Assembly (NCBI RefSeq): GCF_006345805.1
Contig: NC_043001.1
Coordinates: 116,312,001-116,376,000, forward strand
Source of the DNA: Octopus sinensis
Taxonomy: Eukaryota
DNA: 64,000 nucleotides
Direction: 5' to 3'
Both the position numbers and the translations under genes were made by a program. Of the stretch, positions 38,173-51,903 are shown in pieces; the stretch's first letter is position 1; every line of letters begins with the position of its first letter. A model generated the notes under the pieces. The model was not told the origin of the DNA. It did not search any database and was given only the letters and a program-made list of their open reading frames with translations.

Positions 38173-40062
38173 GCACATGAATTCAGAAGCACTCATAAAA
38201 CACAGCAGCACTGCAGCAGCGTCAGAGGCACATACATACATCTACCCATACATTCATGTAAATACACTGAGGTCCACAAGCACATTCACGAAGTACTCAC
38301 CCATGCCCCATCCCCACAGTGATACCTTGGACAAGCGTCTTCTACTATAGCCCCAGGCAGACAAAACCTTGTGAGTAGATTTTGGTAGATGGAAATGAGA
38401 GAAGCCTGTCATATAAATGTATATGTATATCTAAGCGTGCGTCTTTCTGTTTATCCTCCACCTTCACTTGACAACCAGTGTTGGTTTGTTTGTATCTCTC
38501 TAACTTAGCAGTTTGACAAAAGAGATCAATAGAATAAGTACCAAGATTTTAAAAAGTTAAGCACTGGGGTTGAATAGTTCAACTAAATCTGTCAACATGG
38601 TGCCCCAGCATGGCCACAATCAAATGACAAGTAAAAGATAAAAGGAAATATTATATATACATACATATATATATATATGACAACCAATACAGGTGTGCTT
38701 ACACCTCCATAACTTAGCCGTTCAGCAAAAGAGACTGATAGAATAAGTACTAGGCTTACAAAAAATAAGTTCTGGGGTCGATTTATTCGACTAAAGGTGG
38801 TGCTCCAGCATGGCCACAGTCAAATGACTGAAACGAGTAAAAGAGTATATATAAATGCATGGCTGTGTGGTAAGAAGCTTGCTTCCCACATGATTCTGAG
38901 TTCAGTCCCACTGCATGGCACCTTGGGCATGTGTCTACAACAGCTGCAGGCTGATCAAAGCTTTGTGAGTGGAGTTGGCAGATAAAAATAAAAAGCAGGA
39001 AAAGACATCAAAGTCAATTAGATTTACATAGTGAATATATTAGATTGATAATGCTCAGTGGAAGTTTTAGATGAAAAAATAGGAGGAGAAATGACGTTTT
39101 GCGTATGGCTTTTTTGTCACAAAGAGGAAGAGTGCAGAGAAGAGGAAGAGGAGAAGTGAGCAGATAGTCCGGAGACAGCACATGTTGCTACTTGACTGAA
39201 ACGCCATGTTGTAAATGAAGGTCACTGTCATGCAAGCAGTGTCCTTTGTTCCCAATCTTCAATGGAAACATGTCTTGTGGAGAAATATTACCTTACTTGG
39301 AAACAAGTGAGGGTTGGTGACAGGAAGGGCATCTCAGATGCTGAAAATCCGCCTTCACAAAATTCTGTCTGACCCAAGTGAGTGTAGAACAGTTGTTCCA
39401 AAAATCCAAAATGTGTACAAGAAAGTGCACACACAGACATAAGCTAAGTTTCAAAGTGCACAGGTAAAAACATACATATTACACGTAAACATACACACAC
39501 ATAAACACACACAAATGATATGTAACACACAGACATATACCCACAAACACAGATACAAATACTCATCAACATCATTTATCATTTGCTTTCCAAAACTTGT
39601 ATGAGTCAGATGGAGTCTGTTGTGACAGATCTTCAACTGTTGGATGCTCTTTCTTTTACCAATTCTCCTCTGCTTCATAGAAGACTGGAAATGAACAACT
39701 TCACTTATATGATGATGATGATGCTTATTTACAACCACCATGCTATGTCTAAATACATATACACACAAACACATACACACATGTACATATACCTATTTAT
39801 AGATGGCGATCTCTCCACCCTGAAGACGGTGGCCAGCTTTACAGTAATGTTTATACGGATTCATTACTGGTTGCTGGTCAAAATTTATTCTTAAGTTTTT
39901 GCCCGTTCCATCTGCCAACATTTCAACTATTACATAATTCTGAGTCCCCAGAAAGAGCTGTCAGACCTGAAATACCATGCCCTCTCCCCTTACTTTTCTG
40001 TACCTTTTATACTCCATATAAATTGGTTCTGTAAATATATAAATATTCATATGTTTATATGA

Positions 40063-40234
40063 GTAGGAGTGGCTGTGTGGTAGGTAGCTTACTTACAAAC
40101 CACATGGTTATGGGTTCAGTCCCACTGCATGGCACCTTGGGCAAATGTCATCTACTATAGCCTCAGGCCGACCAAAGCCTTGTGAGTGGATTTGGTAGAC
40201 GGAAACTGAAAGAAGCCCGTCGTATATATGTATG

Positions 40235-40278
<44 letters not shown>

Positions 40279-40477
40279 TGTGTCTGTGTTTGTCCCCACA
40301 ACATCACTTGACAACCGATGCTGGTGTGTTTATGTCCCCGTCACTTAGCGGTTCGGCAAAAGAGACCGATAGAATAAGTACTAGGCTTACAAAGAATAAG
40401 TCCTGGGGTCGATTTGCTCGACTAAAAGGTAATGCTTCAGTATGGCAACAGTCAAATGACTGAAAAGAGTAAAACAG
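40063..40477 (+). mobile_element. SINE family A, full length
   Basis: Collinear with the family. Confidence 0.93.
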
Positions 40478-40532
40478 TACGAGTGTTTCTCTCCTGAATA
40501 TTTTCAGTTTTTGCTTCTCTCTCTTTATATAT

Positions 40533-40587
<55 letters not shown>

Positions 40588-41456
40588 CATATGTTTACAT
40601 ATATTTACATGTGTATATTTTATATATCAAGCCCAAGCATGTTAAATGTTTATTTGCATCATTATCTCTATACCTATTTAGATCTATTTATATATATGCA
40701 TATATGATGGGCAGTTTACATGTATGCATGTGCATGCGCACACCACACAAATATTAATAATTATGCATTTCTAAACATGCATGCACACATAGAGGTATAA
40801 GTTCATAAGCACACACAAATATATTAAGAATTATAAGCTTTATAAACTGATGTATAAATATAAAAACACACAAAAATCTATCTTCAGCTATATGCACATA
40901 ATTGCATTTTCAATCATTCATGTAACAAATGAGGATATAGTAATTAGAAATGCATGTAGACACATGCTTGCATACACAGCATGCCTGGACATGTACATAC
41001 AAGCACACACACACATCTATATATGCACATACACACACAGGTGTGTGTGTATGTGTGTGTGTGTGTGTGTATGTGTGTGTGTATACATGCACCTACACAA
41101 ATGATTGAATTTAAAACAAGAATTTATTGGCAGTCACATGAATTGCTAGAGATAGCTAACAAATCTCCCTCAAACCACTCTCTATTGTGTTAAATGATGC
41201 ATTGGATAGTGTAGTCCTACATATACAAAACCAAAGAAAAAGATGTGATGGTCATGGCTAGAACAGCTTTAATCATTAGTCTCATCATTAACAACAACTC
41301 CATGTTTAAGTTATCCTACATATAAGGCAACATTTTTTAATAAAGCTTTCAAATTTGAAATTTGCAGAACACAGGCATGCGTGCATATGTATATGTGTAT
41401 GTGTGCATATGTATATATGTATGTGTGTGTCTGTGTATGTATGTATGTATGTATGC

Positions 41457-41487
<31 letters not shown>

Positions 41488-41591
41488 TGTATGTATGTAT
41501 GTATGTATGTATACATAAACACAACCAGAATATTGAGCACATATGCATGAAAAAAAATATATATATATTAATCCAAGCGTATAGTATTATA

Positions 41592-42485
41592 CGAGGTCTG
41601 ATCAATAAGTATCCAGACTGTTGCCATAGTAACAAAGCTAAAGCATGCAGAGTAAAACTTCTTGGCAAAGATTGACCTTGAGCTCTGTTGTTCATACGCA
41701 CTAAGTTTTAACATTCTAGCTCACATCTGCTATTTACAGTAGTGCTTGGAAGGAAGGTGTGTAGCGTGTGATCGTCACATTGACCATGACAGAGAAAGTT
41801 GTCATGGTGATAGCTGCTTGGAGGCCTATGCAAAGTTGCAGAAAGTGTATGGAGAGGAGTGTATGAGCCACACACAAGTGTATGAGTGGTTCAGACATTT
41901 CCAAGATGGCTGAAAAATGTTGATATTGACAAACATTCTGAGAGACCCACAACCAGCAGAACTGAGAAAAAACATTACAGATGTGTGTGCAGCTGTGAGG
42001 GGAAATAATTGAATCACCATCCGTGACTTATCAGAGGATGTGCAGATTAGTTACGGTTCAGTTCAATCCATTATCACTGAAGATTTGGATATGAGACATG
42101 TGTCTGCCAAGTTTGTGCCGAAGCCACTTTCAGCTAACCAAAAAGACACTTGGGTTTCAGTTGCACAAGATCTCATTGATTGTGTTGAGAATGATAAAAC
42201 ATTTTGAAAACTTTGTGTAGGCCTCTGAGCAGGTATCACCAAGCTTTTGGCAAAATTTGATGCAGATTCTCTGTTCAACATTCTCTGTCATGCTCAATGC
42301 GACAATCACACACTACACACCTTCCTTCCAAGCACTGCTGTAAACAGTGGAAGTGAGCTAAAATGTTAAAACTTAGTGTGCATGCACAGCAGAATTTAAG
42401 GTCAGTTTGTGCCAAGCAGCTTCACATTGCATGCTTTAGCTTCGTTACTATGGCAACAGTCGGGATACTTACTGATCAGACCATG
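41592..42485 (+). mobile_element. Internally deleted mariner with ~205-bp TIRs
   Basis: TA TSDs at 41590-91 and 42486-87; TIRs 41592-41796 / 42281-42485; transposase HTH region (VYEWFRHFQDG...SAKFVPK, WVPHEL-like); catalytic domain absent; stops present. Confidence 0.92.
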
Positions 42486-43299
42486 TATATCCATTATGGC
42501 CAATCTTACCAATCAGTTTCACACTAGCAGTTCAACAGATTGGTAGCTAACAGCCTGATTATGTAATCCTGCACTCTCTAGACACGGTAATTATATATAA
42601 AGTGTGCATTTGTGTATTAACAAACTCAGATACACAAATACCTACATATATGTATTACACACTGGTTATTTTCCTATATGAATTCAATACATGCAATACT
42701 TACCTAAAGAAATTAATGCTAATAACAAATCAGATTTTAATATAAATCTTTCATTTTTATATGACATACAGCTGTAAAGAGGGTACATACATACTATATG
42801 TGCTGTACCCTGCTTCAATTATATGACTTTGATTTCTAACACTTCATGATCAAGCTTAAGTGCCAGAAGTTGTCCTGATACATAAATATATTCAGATATA
42901 TAATGACAGATATGCATTTATACATATGTATTGATAAACCCCTTAACCCCTTGGGTGTCATTGGAGTGCTGCAGCTCTGCAGCATATCTCAAGGGAGAAA
43001 GCCTGTTGGAGCCCATCTCTCTCTAGGCTGAACTTATTTCTACAGCTGAGTGGACTGGAGCAATATGAAGTGAAGTGTTCTACTCAATAACACAACGGAT
43101 CACCCAGTCCAGGAATTGAGTCCACAAACTTACAATCATGAGTCAACACCCTAACCACTAAGCCATGCACCTCCACTACACATATGTATGCATTACCATT
43201 TGTACATATGTTTTGGAAGAGGTACACAGTATCCTTTGTCATAAAAGAATTCACAACTTGGTAACATGGTTGTGAAGGAAAGCATCTTGCTTTTTTCAT

Positions 43300-43870
43300 T
43301 ATCCTTTAAATCTGATGGTCTTGTAAATTTTCATAGTCTTGGATATCATGATCATTTGTAATGTTTGAATTAAGAATTTGCTTTGTCTCTTCAAGAACCC
43401 AAGTTCAGTTATACTTTGCTCCAGCTGGGTTGGTATGTAATCCCATTGTCCAATACTAATAGGTATAAAGCTATACCTATTATAGCGAGCTGGCAGAATT
43501 GCTAGCATGGCGGACGAAATGCTTAGCGGTATTTCGTCTGCCGCTACATTCTGAGTTCAAATTCCACTAAGGTTGACTTTGCCTTTCATCCTTTTGGGGT
43601 CGATTAAATAAGTACCAGTTACGTACTGGGATCGATATAATCGACTTAATCCATTTGTCTGTCTTTGTTTGTCTTCTCTGTGTTTAGCCCCTTGTGGGTA
43701 GTAAAGAAATAGGTATAAAGCTGAAAGTGTATCTTGGGTACTGGATTTGAGAAACTCCTCATCAATGGTGCATAGATGTCATCTTTTTCTTGTACTCTTG
43801 TACTAATCTTATTCATGTCCAGAGGGCAACTGATTTCCATAACAGTATGAACACCCGTATGTATGCATGT
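43300..43870 (-). mobile_element. Decayed CR1-like ORF2 C-terminal remnant interrupted by a SINE
   Basis: SFIPISIGQWDYIP...FLKRQSKFL resembles SFFP..I..WN.L...FK; the sequence rejoins across the TSD. Confidence 0.5.
43473..43707 (+). mobile_element. SINE family B with 15-bp TSD
   Basis: TSD aataggtataaagct at 43458-43472 and 43708-43722. Confidence 0.92.
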
Positions 43871-43994
43871 ATGTCCATAGGCATATATGCATGCATGCAT
43901 GTAATTGCATTCAGATATATAGACACAAAATGCACCCAGACATAGATACACACGTGCACGTCTGCACAAGAAAACCAATATCAACAAACTAACA

Positions 43995-44042
<48 letters not shown>

Positions 44043-44427
44043 ATGCAGCAACCAGTTCTATGAACCACAATTACACACATCTCAAGACTGAAATATCCAA
44101 GGACATATACACACATATATAAACACAAAGGAATTATTGCCAGCATGCATAACAAAGTGACTCATAATTAAGTATGGCTGAGTATTTACCATAATTATTA
44201 TTTCCATGACCACCACCACCACCACCACCACCACCATCACCTACTGCCGGCAACTTCTCCTTCCTTTGTCTGTTTCTTTATTATTACATCGACTGGGAAG
44301 GTTGAAAATAGAAGTAATTCCACTTTGACCCATTTTCCCTCCTTATTATGGTTTGGTTCCCTCTATTGGTCTGTCATTTGGATTTTTTTTTAATGATTCT
44401 TCTTTTCGTTCTTTGTTTTGGCAAAAG

Positions 44428-44544
44428 GCGCTGACTGAGACATCAGAGATGGTGGAACCATACGATGTGACACATTGCGAGGAAGAAGTGTTTATAAATA
44501 GTGGCAAGGAACAGAAGGAAGGAGAAACAGATAAATTCAATTAA
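44428..44544 (+). CDS. Candidate terminal coding exon, unidentified
   Basis: Long pyrimidine tract + AAG; single open frame ALTETSEMVEPYDVTHCEEEVFINSGKEQKEGETDKFN*; CpG-retaining unique island. Confidence 0.22.
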   Translation, partial: ALTETSEMVEPYDVTHCEEEVFINSGKEQKEGETDKFN

Positions 44545-45079
44545 AACATTGAATTTAATTACCGAGCAACACATATGTTGGTTACCTTACACATGAATAC
44601 ACACACGCACACACACACACAACACAAACATACACACACACACACACACACAAACATACACACACATCACATATACAAAACAGTGACATTAGCCTATATG
44701 CAGGAGAATCAAAACTTTGTGTGCGTACATGCATATAAATGTATGTGTGTATATGTGTGTGTATACATATATATATGTATATGTATGTGTGCATCTTCGT
44801 ATATATATGTATATGTATATGTGTGTATGTATATATAGGTATGTGTCTGTGTGTGTATATATTATTAAATCATACATGTATATTGTTTTAAATTTTATAA
44901 GTATATATATTAAATTTTATATATATGTATATCATTTAATTTTATATATGCATATAACTAAATTTCATATATATATATATATATATATGCATGTATGCAT
45001 GTATGTATATGATTAAATTTTATAGTTTATATATATATATATATGATTAAATTTTATATATGTATATATATATATGATA

Positions 45080-45122
<43 letters not shown>

Positions 45123-47974
45123 TATATTCATATATATATGTACATACATACAGATATATGTATATATATATATATATGCATAAATGGGTACAGGACATCA
45201 CAAAATGTAAATAACATGGTCCTGTTTTTGTTACTAACTCTGACCCTCCACAAATCCCAAACTTTATTTTAGTTCATGGGAGCAACTGCCTTTCAAAGTC
45301 TCATATTGTCATTAAGTTCCTAGGTTCAATATTAATGCATTGTCATCATCATCAGCATCATTTCTTAACGTTCTCCTTCTATGCTGGCAAAGGTTGGATG
45401 GTTTAACAGGAGAAGCCCACCATATGGCTTTTATGGCTAAATGCCCTTCTTAACATCAACCACACTACAGAGTGGGCTGAGTGCTTTTTACATGGCACCA
45501 ACACAGGTGAGGTCAGTTTTGGCACAGTCTTCACAGTTGGATGCCCTTCCAAATGCCAACCACTTAACAGAGTGGACTGGATGCTTTTTAAGTGTCACCA
45601 ACAACAGCAGGGTCACCAAGTGACTTTGCAAGACAAGGAATCTTTTGAGAGGGAAGGGGGGCATTGGAGGAGGCATCTTCATATTTTGAACAAGTACCTT
45701 TACCATACTAGGTACAGGTGTGGCTGCATGGTTGAGAAGCTTGGGTTCAGTCTCACTGTGTCATACCTTGGACAAGTGTCTTCTACTATAGTCTCAGGTG
45801 TATACTATGTATACATCTATGTGTCTTTGTGTTGTGTTCATACTCCACCACTGATTGACAACTGGTGTTGGTTTGTTTATGTCCCCATATCTTAGCAGTT
45901 TGGCAAAGAAGACCAATAGAATAAGAATCAAGCTTCAAAAAAGAACAAGTAATGGAATCAATTTATTCGACTAAACCCTCCAAGGTGGTGTCCTGGCTTG
46001 GTTGCAAGTCTAATGACTGAAACAAGTAAAAGATAAAGGAAAATTGCCTAGAGTCCACCCATTTGAGTTAAATAGGTAGATGGAAAATGTAAAAGTTTGT
46101 TGGATAGACTATCTGTAATTTAAAGGTTTATCCTTGTAACGCATTGTGACATGGTGATTCTACCAAGTGGATCACATCAAGGGTACATATGTATGTGGGG
46201 TACTCAGCCACTTCATATGCTAATTCAGAAAATAGAATGATCGGTTGATTGAACAGCTGGAAGCTCATGGGTCAAAATCAACAGGAAACTCTATTATATA
46301 TAAATGTGTGTGTGTGTGTAACCATGTAGCTCCTGTACAAGAACCTGCTCAGCCCACCCCATACCTTCCTTCTATAATTTCTCATCTCACATAAAGCTGG
46401 TCCCATCCCTCAGGTTTTGTAGTCTTGTGAGCTGCATGATGTCCTCACAAGTGCCGGTGGCACCCCCCCCCAAAAAAAAAAAACTAGAAAACAATATCCA
46501 GTACACACTGTAAAGGGGTTGGCATTAAAATGGACATCTGGCCATAGAAACCATGCCAAAGCAGATATTGGAATATGGTGAAGTCCTTGGACCTATTGGA
46601 TTCTTACAAACATCCAGCCCATGCTAGCATGGAACACGGATGTTAAGTGATGATGATCACACACACACACAAATTTACATCTACTTTCCAAGCTGGCACA
46701 AGTTAGACAGGATGTCATGATTTGAGTCTCAGTTCTTGCTTGAAATTAGTTCTAGCCACTGTGCACCAAGAGACCACACTTACTTTGTTCAATTTTATTT
46801 TGGCATGGGTTATATGGCTAGATGTCTTTCTTTGCACCACTTTACAAAATGTACTTTACAGAGTGAGTTCTATTGTGGCACCAGTATAAGAGAGAGATTG
46901 TCATGTCCTCAACATGATAAAACTAAAGATCTTCTTGACCTTGTGATGTCCCCACTTATTCATCAATGCCTTTGCAAGATGCACTAGATGCACTTTATTA
47001 CAGCATCAGCACTTATGTCATCCTCTTGAATTGGGCTCTTTCTTGCTCTATTTTGACTTCATTTGCTCTGGGTTACATGACCAATACAGAATGTAGAAGA
47101 GAGGGCAATTACAGAAGATGAACTAGGGTGAAAGGGAAAGTGTAGGGAAAGTGTGTGCGTGATATCCTTAGTACATATACATAGATTAATATCCTAAAAT
47201 ACATAACAGAAAAGCAGACAAACAGAAACAAAGACATGCACACACCCACAAGTGTGTGCATGCATTCATGCATGTGTGTGAGCAAGAGCAAGAGAGAGAA
47301 AAATAGATAAATGGATGGACAATTGGATGCACCAAAGATGTAGATATCTGGAACACAGGAAATGAATTGTAATTACATTCTTTTCCTTCAGCTATTGACA
47401 CATGCTCCTACACACACACTTGTGTGTGTTTATGTAATCCCACATACAAGTACGTGTCTATACATACCACATTTTTGCTCTACCGTTACTTATTTATATA
47501 CTATACACACCCACATACAGAAACACACACAAACAGTATTTTTCTTTATACACTTTTTCCATTTAATGACTGACAGTACATATATTTTTCTATATAAATG
47601 GTCAAGTACTTTTTATTTATTGGTTTTCATCTATTGAATCTTAAGAATGTAATAAGGAGAAAGCAGTGACTGTGCTGGAAGAGGTGGATGAGAGAGAGAG
47701 AGATAATGAGCAGCCAGCAACAAGAAAGTTAGTGGGACAGTCAGAGTAGCAGACAGTGAAATACAAGGATGGATGGAAGACAGGAAGTGATAGACAGAAA
47801 CAATGTCTCAGAAAGAAGAGGTAAGCAGATATGGATGAATTGAATAACAATGAAACTGATAAATTTGATCATCACCCCAAGTTACTAAAAAGACCTATAT
47901 AAGGCCCTAAGTTCACTATGAAATCAACCATATATGTTTATAACTCCTTATATTTATTTGTTTATTCATAACAA

Positions 47975-48250
47975 ATATCTAAGAAAAAGTGGAATTGGAT
48001 TGGTAGCACAATTAGAAAAGAGACACCAAATGTAGCGAAAAGTGCTTTACAGTGGAAACCAGATGGATATAGAAGGAGAGGTAGGCCTAAGAACTCATGG
48101 CGGAGATCAACACAAAAGGAACTAGAGAAAGGGGGACATTCATGGCAGAGTATAAGTACAGAAACGAAAAATTATGCGACATGGAATTCAACTATAAGTG
48201 GCCTATACTCCGCGTTGGAGGGTTAAAGGCATAAAGAAAGAAGAAGAATT
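47975..48250 (+). mobile_element. RTE-clade LINE 3' end with (GAA)n tail
   Basis: Stop-free 83 codons: KKKWNWIGSTIRK...ALQWKPDGYRRRGRPKNSWRR...W...SGLYS, the canonical RTE C-terminus. Confidence 0.88.
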
Positions 48251-48322
48251 CATAACACTCTGTATTTTTGGTACTCAAGCAAGTGGCAGTGTGTGTGTGT
48301 ATTTGTGTGTATGTGGGTGCAT

Positions 48323-48693
48323 CTTTCATCCTTTACTTGTTTCAGCCATCAAAAAGGTCATGCTGGGGCACTACCTAGAAGAATTTTAGCTGAACGAATC
48401 AACCTTAGTATTTTATTTTTAAACTTGGTATTTATTTTATCAGTCTCTTTCGCCAAACTGCTAAGCTACAGGGACATAAACATACCAACACCAGTTGTCA
48501 AGCAGTAGGAGGAACAAATACAGACTCAAACACACACACACACACACAGGCTTTTTTCAGTTTCTACCAAATCCACTCACAAGGCTTTGGTCAGTCCAAG
48601 GCTAAAGTAGAAGACACTTGCCATGCAGTGGGACTGGACCCAGAACCCTGTGATTAGGGAACAAGCTTCTTACTACACAGCCATGCCCACGCC
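48323..48693 (-). mobile_element. SINE family A, diverged
   Basis: Collinear with the family. Confidence 0.85.
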
Positions 48694-49272
48694 AACATTG
48701 ACATTGATGGTTAGATAGATAGACAGATAGGTAGAGAGAGAGGGGGCAAGAAGGTGAGAGAGAGTATCAACAATACAGTGTAGGTATGAATATTACAATA
48801 ACATAGCAATGGCCTAAACTTATTGCAGGGTCCAATTTGACAAAAAAATCCTATATTTTTTAACATAAGGTGCTTTGGGAAGGTAATATGGAGTGGTTAC
48901 ATATAAGGAAGAGCTTCAAATATGATGGACTTCAGGGATCATATGAAGCTCAAAATGGCAGTGTATGGGACTTACATTTTTATTCTTATTTAATTTGTGT
49001 CTGGAGGGAAAGGAAGAGCCTAGACCTTTGCATGCCAACCAAGATTGATGAGCTTGATGTTGTTAATATTTCATTTTAACTTTTGCTGGGAAGATATGAC
49101 CAAGGAGAAGATTCTAGAAAGCCAGTATTCTGAGGAGAAACAACAGAGCATAGTGCTTAGTTCAGGGCCAATTGAGTGGAGGTTGGTTGCAACAAAGGTG
49201 ATGATGTGTAGAAAGACGAGTGAACTACAGGTATCTAAAAGTGAAGATACCAGACCAGCCAACTCTGTGGAA

Positions 49273-49682
49273 ACTGGCAGAAACAGTAGCACACCGGGCG
49301 AAATGCTTAGCGGTATTTCGTCTGCCCTTACGTTGTGAGTTCAAATTCCGCCGATGCCAACTTTGCCTTTCATCCTTTCAGGGTCGATTAAATAAGTACC
49401 AGTTACGCACTGGGGTCGATATAATCGACTTAATCCGTGTGTCTGTTCTTGTTTGTCCCCTCTGTGTTTAGCCCCTTGTGGGTAGTAAAGAAATAGGTAT
49501 TTCATCTGCCGTTATATTCTGAGTTCAAATCCTGCCGAGGTCGACTTTGCCTTTCATCCTTTCGGGGTTGATAAATTAAGTACCAGTTACATACTGAGGT
49601 TGATGTAATCGACTTAATCCCTTTGTTTGTCCTTGTTTGTCCCCTCTATGTTTAGCCCCTTGTGGGCAATGAAGAAATAAGA
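49273..49682 (+). mobile_element. SINE family B dimer with 12-bp TSD
   Basis: TSD aactctgtggaa at 49261-49272 and 49683-49694; junction aaata|ggtatttc at 49495-49500. Confidence 0.93.
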
Positions 49683-49964
49683 AACTCTGTGGAAGAGAGG
49701 TGTTATAGTAGTGATATAGATAGAGAGAGGAGACAGGAAAACTGGAGCCAGAAGTTGGAACATGTCATTTTGTGATTGAATGCCAATAGTGAAGTAACCA
49801 TTCTTTAGCAGTGGTTGAAGATGTCTGTGTGAATAAAGTAGAAGTGGAATGTTGGTTTGTTGCAAGATTCACAATGTCCCCTCTGGCTGGTAATGGGACT
49901 GGAAAGGATAGTAGAGCAGTGACTAATAAACTGCAGAGGAAGAGCAGAAAAACAGTTTAATGAT

Positions 49965-50121
49965 GGAGTGGCTGTGTGGTAAGTAGCTTGCTAACCAACC
50001 ACATGGTTCCGGGTTCAGTCCCACTGCATGGCATCTTGGGCAAGTGTCTTCTGCTATAGCCCCAGGCCGACCAATGCCTTGTGAGTGGATTTGGTAGACG
50101 GAAACTGAAAGAAGCCTGTCG

Positions 50122-50162
<41 letters not shown>

Positions 50163-50388
50163 ATGTGTGTGTGTTTGTGTGTGCTCGTCCCCCTAGCATT
50201 GCTTGACAACCGATGCTGGTGTGTTTACGTTCCCGTCACTTAGCGGTTCGGCAAAAGAGACCGATAGAATAAGTACTGGGCTTACAAAGAATAAGTCCCG
50301 GGGTCGATTTGCTCGACTAAAGGCGGTGCTCCAGCATGGCCGCAGTCAAATGACTGAAACAAATAAAAAGAAAGAAAAAGAAAAAGAA
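49965..50388 (+). mobile_element. SINE family A, full length
   Basis: Collinear with the family. Confidence 0.94.
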
Positions 50389-50692
50389 TATGGCAGAGGC
50401 AAATGAGAGAAAGACCAAAGTCAAGAGCAGAGAAGAAATCCTCAGTGAGTAATATAACAATAAAGTTGTTGCTTGGTTTGGTTTGTATGGCTACAGCTGC
50501 ACTATATTTGGTGTAGAGGCTGCAGAGATAACAGAGGGTGAAAGGCATGGTGCAGTGTGGGCCAAACAAACTTAAATATTCCCTGGTAGCATCAATGCAG
50601 CTTAGCACCATTAGATACTGTTAGAATGTGCCTAAGTTATTTGATCTTCAGTCAACAGCTGATGAAGGGAGTGTCCTGTATTGCCAGCTGCA

Positions 50693-50739
<47 letters not shown>

Positions 50740-51903
50740 AATCTATATTATAGATGTTTTGAAAGAATAATAGTTTGTATCAAGCAAAAATCGAAATGGG
50801 TGAAATTAGTTAACATATGCTATTTTATGAATTCTTTTGATTGTTTATTTGTTGACACAGATACAAACAATCACTAGTTTCTTTGGCATGAAGTTGTATT
50901 TGTATTTTTATTTTATTAGTCAATTTCCTTTTACAAACTACAAGTTTTATCTACAGAGAGCAAAAAATATTTTTTGTGAATTACGCAGCAAAATTTAACA
51001 GAGGATTATTGTTTTCTTTCTTGTTTGGTCATCTTGTTTCTCATCAGGTCAGAGTTCCAGCCACGATCATTCCTGTTTTTTTTTATTTTTATGACCATGA
51101 CTACATATTCAATATGTTCTATGTTTCAAGATAGTAATATGTGATACGAGGAGAATTTTTCGGCTATTTCTAGCAGATCAAGCAATCGTGTAAAAGTTCC
51201 CACAATGACTTGCTGTTGCTGCTGCAACTAAATGATTCCCCTCCTCTTTTCCCAACATCCTTGGCTTAACCAACGTCCTGCTATAGCCTGATAGAAAGCT
51301 AAATGAGATGTATATCGTTACTTCTTCATCAGCCTTATTAAAGTGTATCTGTGTTTCTTTGTCAGCCTTACTAAAGAACTTCTTTGTGGCATAGGAATCG
51401 ATAGAAACAGGAATAGACTAGAACAAAGCTGAAGACTGTCTTCCCCACTTTATTTCATTGTCTTTCACTGAACCAATAAGCCTAACAGCTTTTCTATCTG
51501 ACCATTCTTTGTTTGTCCATGGCTATGGCTACTATTCCCAAGTCTGTGTCTTCCTTTCTTTATTTTGGTGCCTAAATCAAAATGTTTTCCAGTTACAGTC
51601 TTTTCCCTTTCCTTTCCCATGGGTGGGGCAGTTTGACAGGAGCTGACCTGGCAGAAACCTGCACCAGATTCTGTGTTTGTTTTAGCAGGGTTTTTACAGC
51701 TGGATGCCCTTTGTAACACCAACCACCCAACAGAGTGAACACTTCTTCAATATTCCTGACATCTTTTCTTGGGATATATGATCCTTATAGACCAGATTAA
51801 GGGATTTTGAATGTCATGCTCAGGGATAAAAAAAAAGGGGACAAAAAATTTTTTTTCTCTTATTTGGAGAAAGAAAACAAAGAATTTTATCTTTCATTCT
51901 TCA

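Noticed and set aside
37797-38350. Stacked 120-170 aa HT/CV ORFs
   Set aside because: (CA)n compound microsatellite read-through
15614-44444. Shared 11-mer ctgagacatca in two CpG islands
   Set aside because: One 11-mer match in 64 kb is expected by chance
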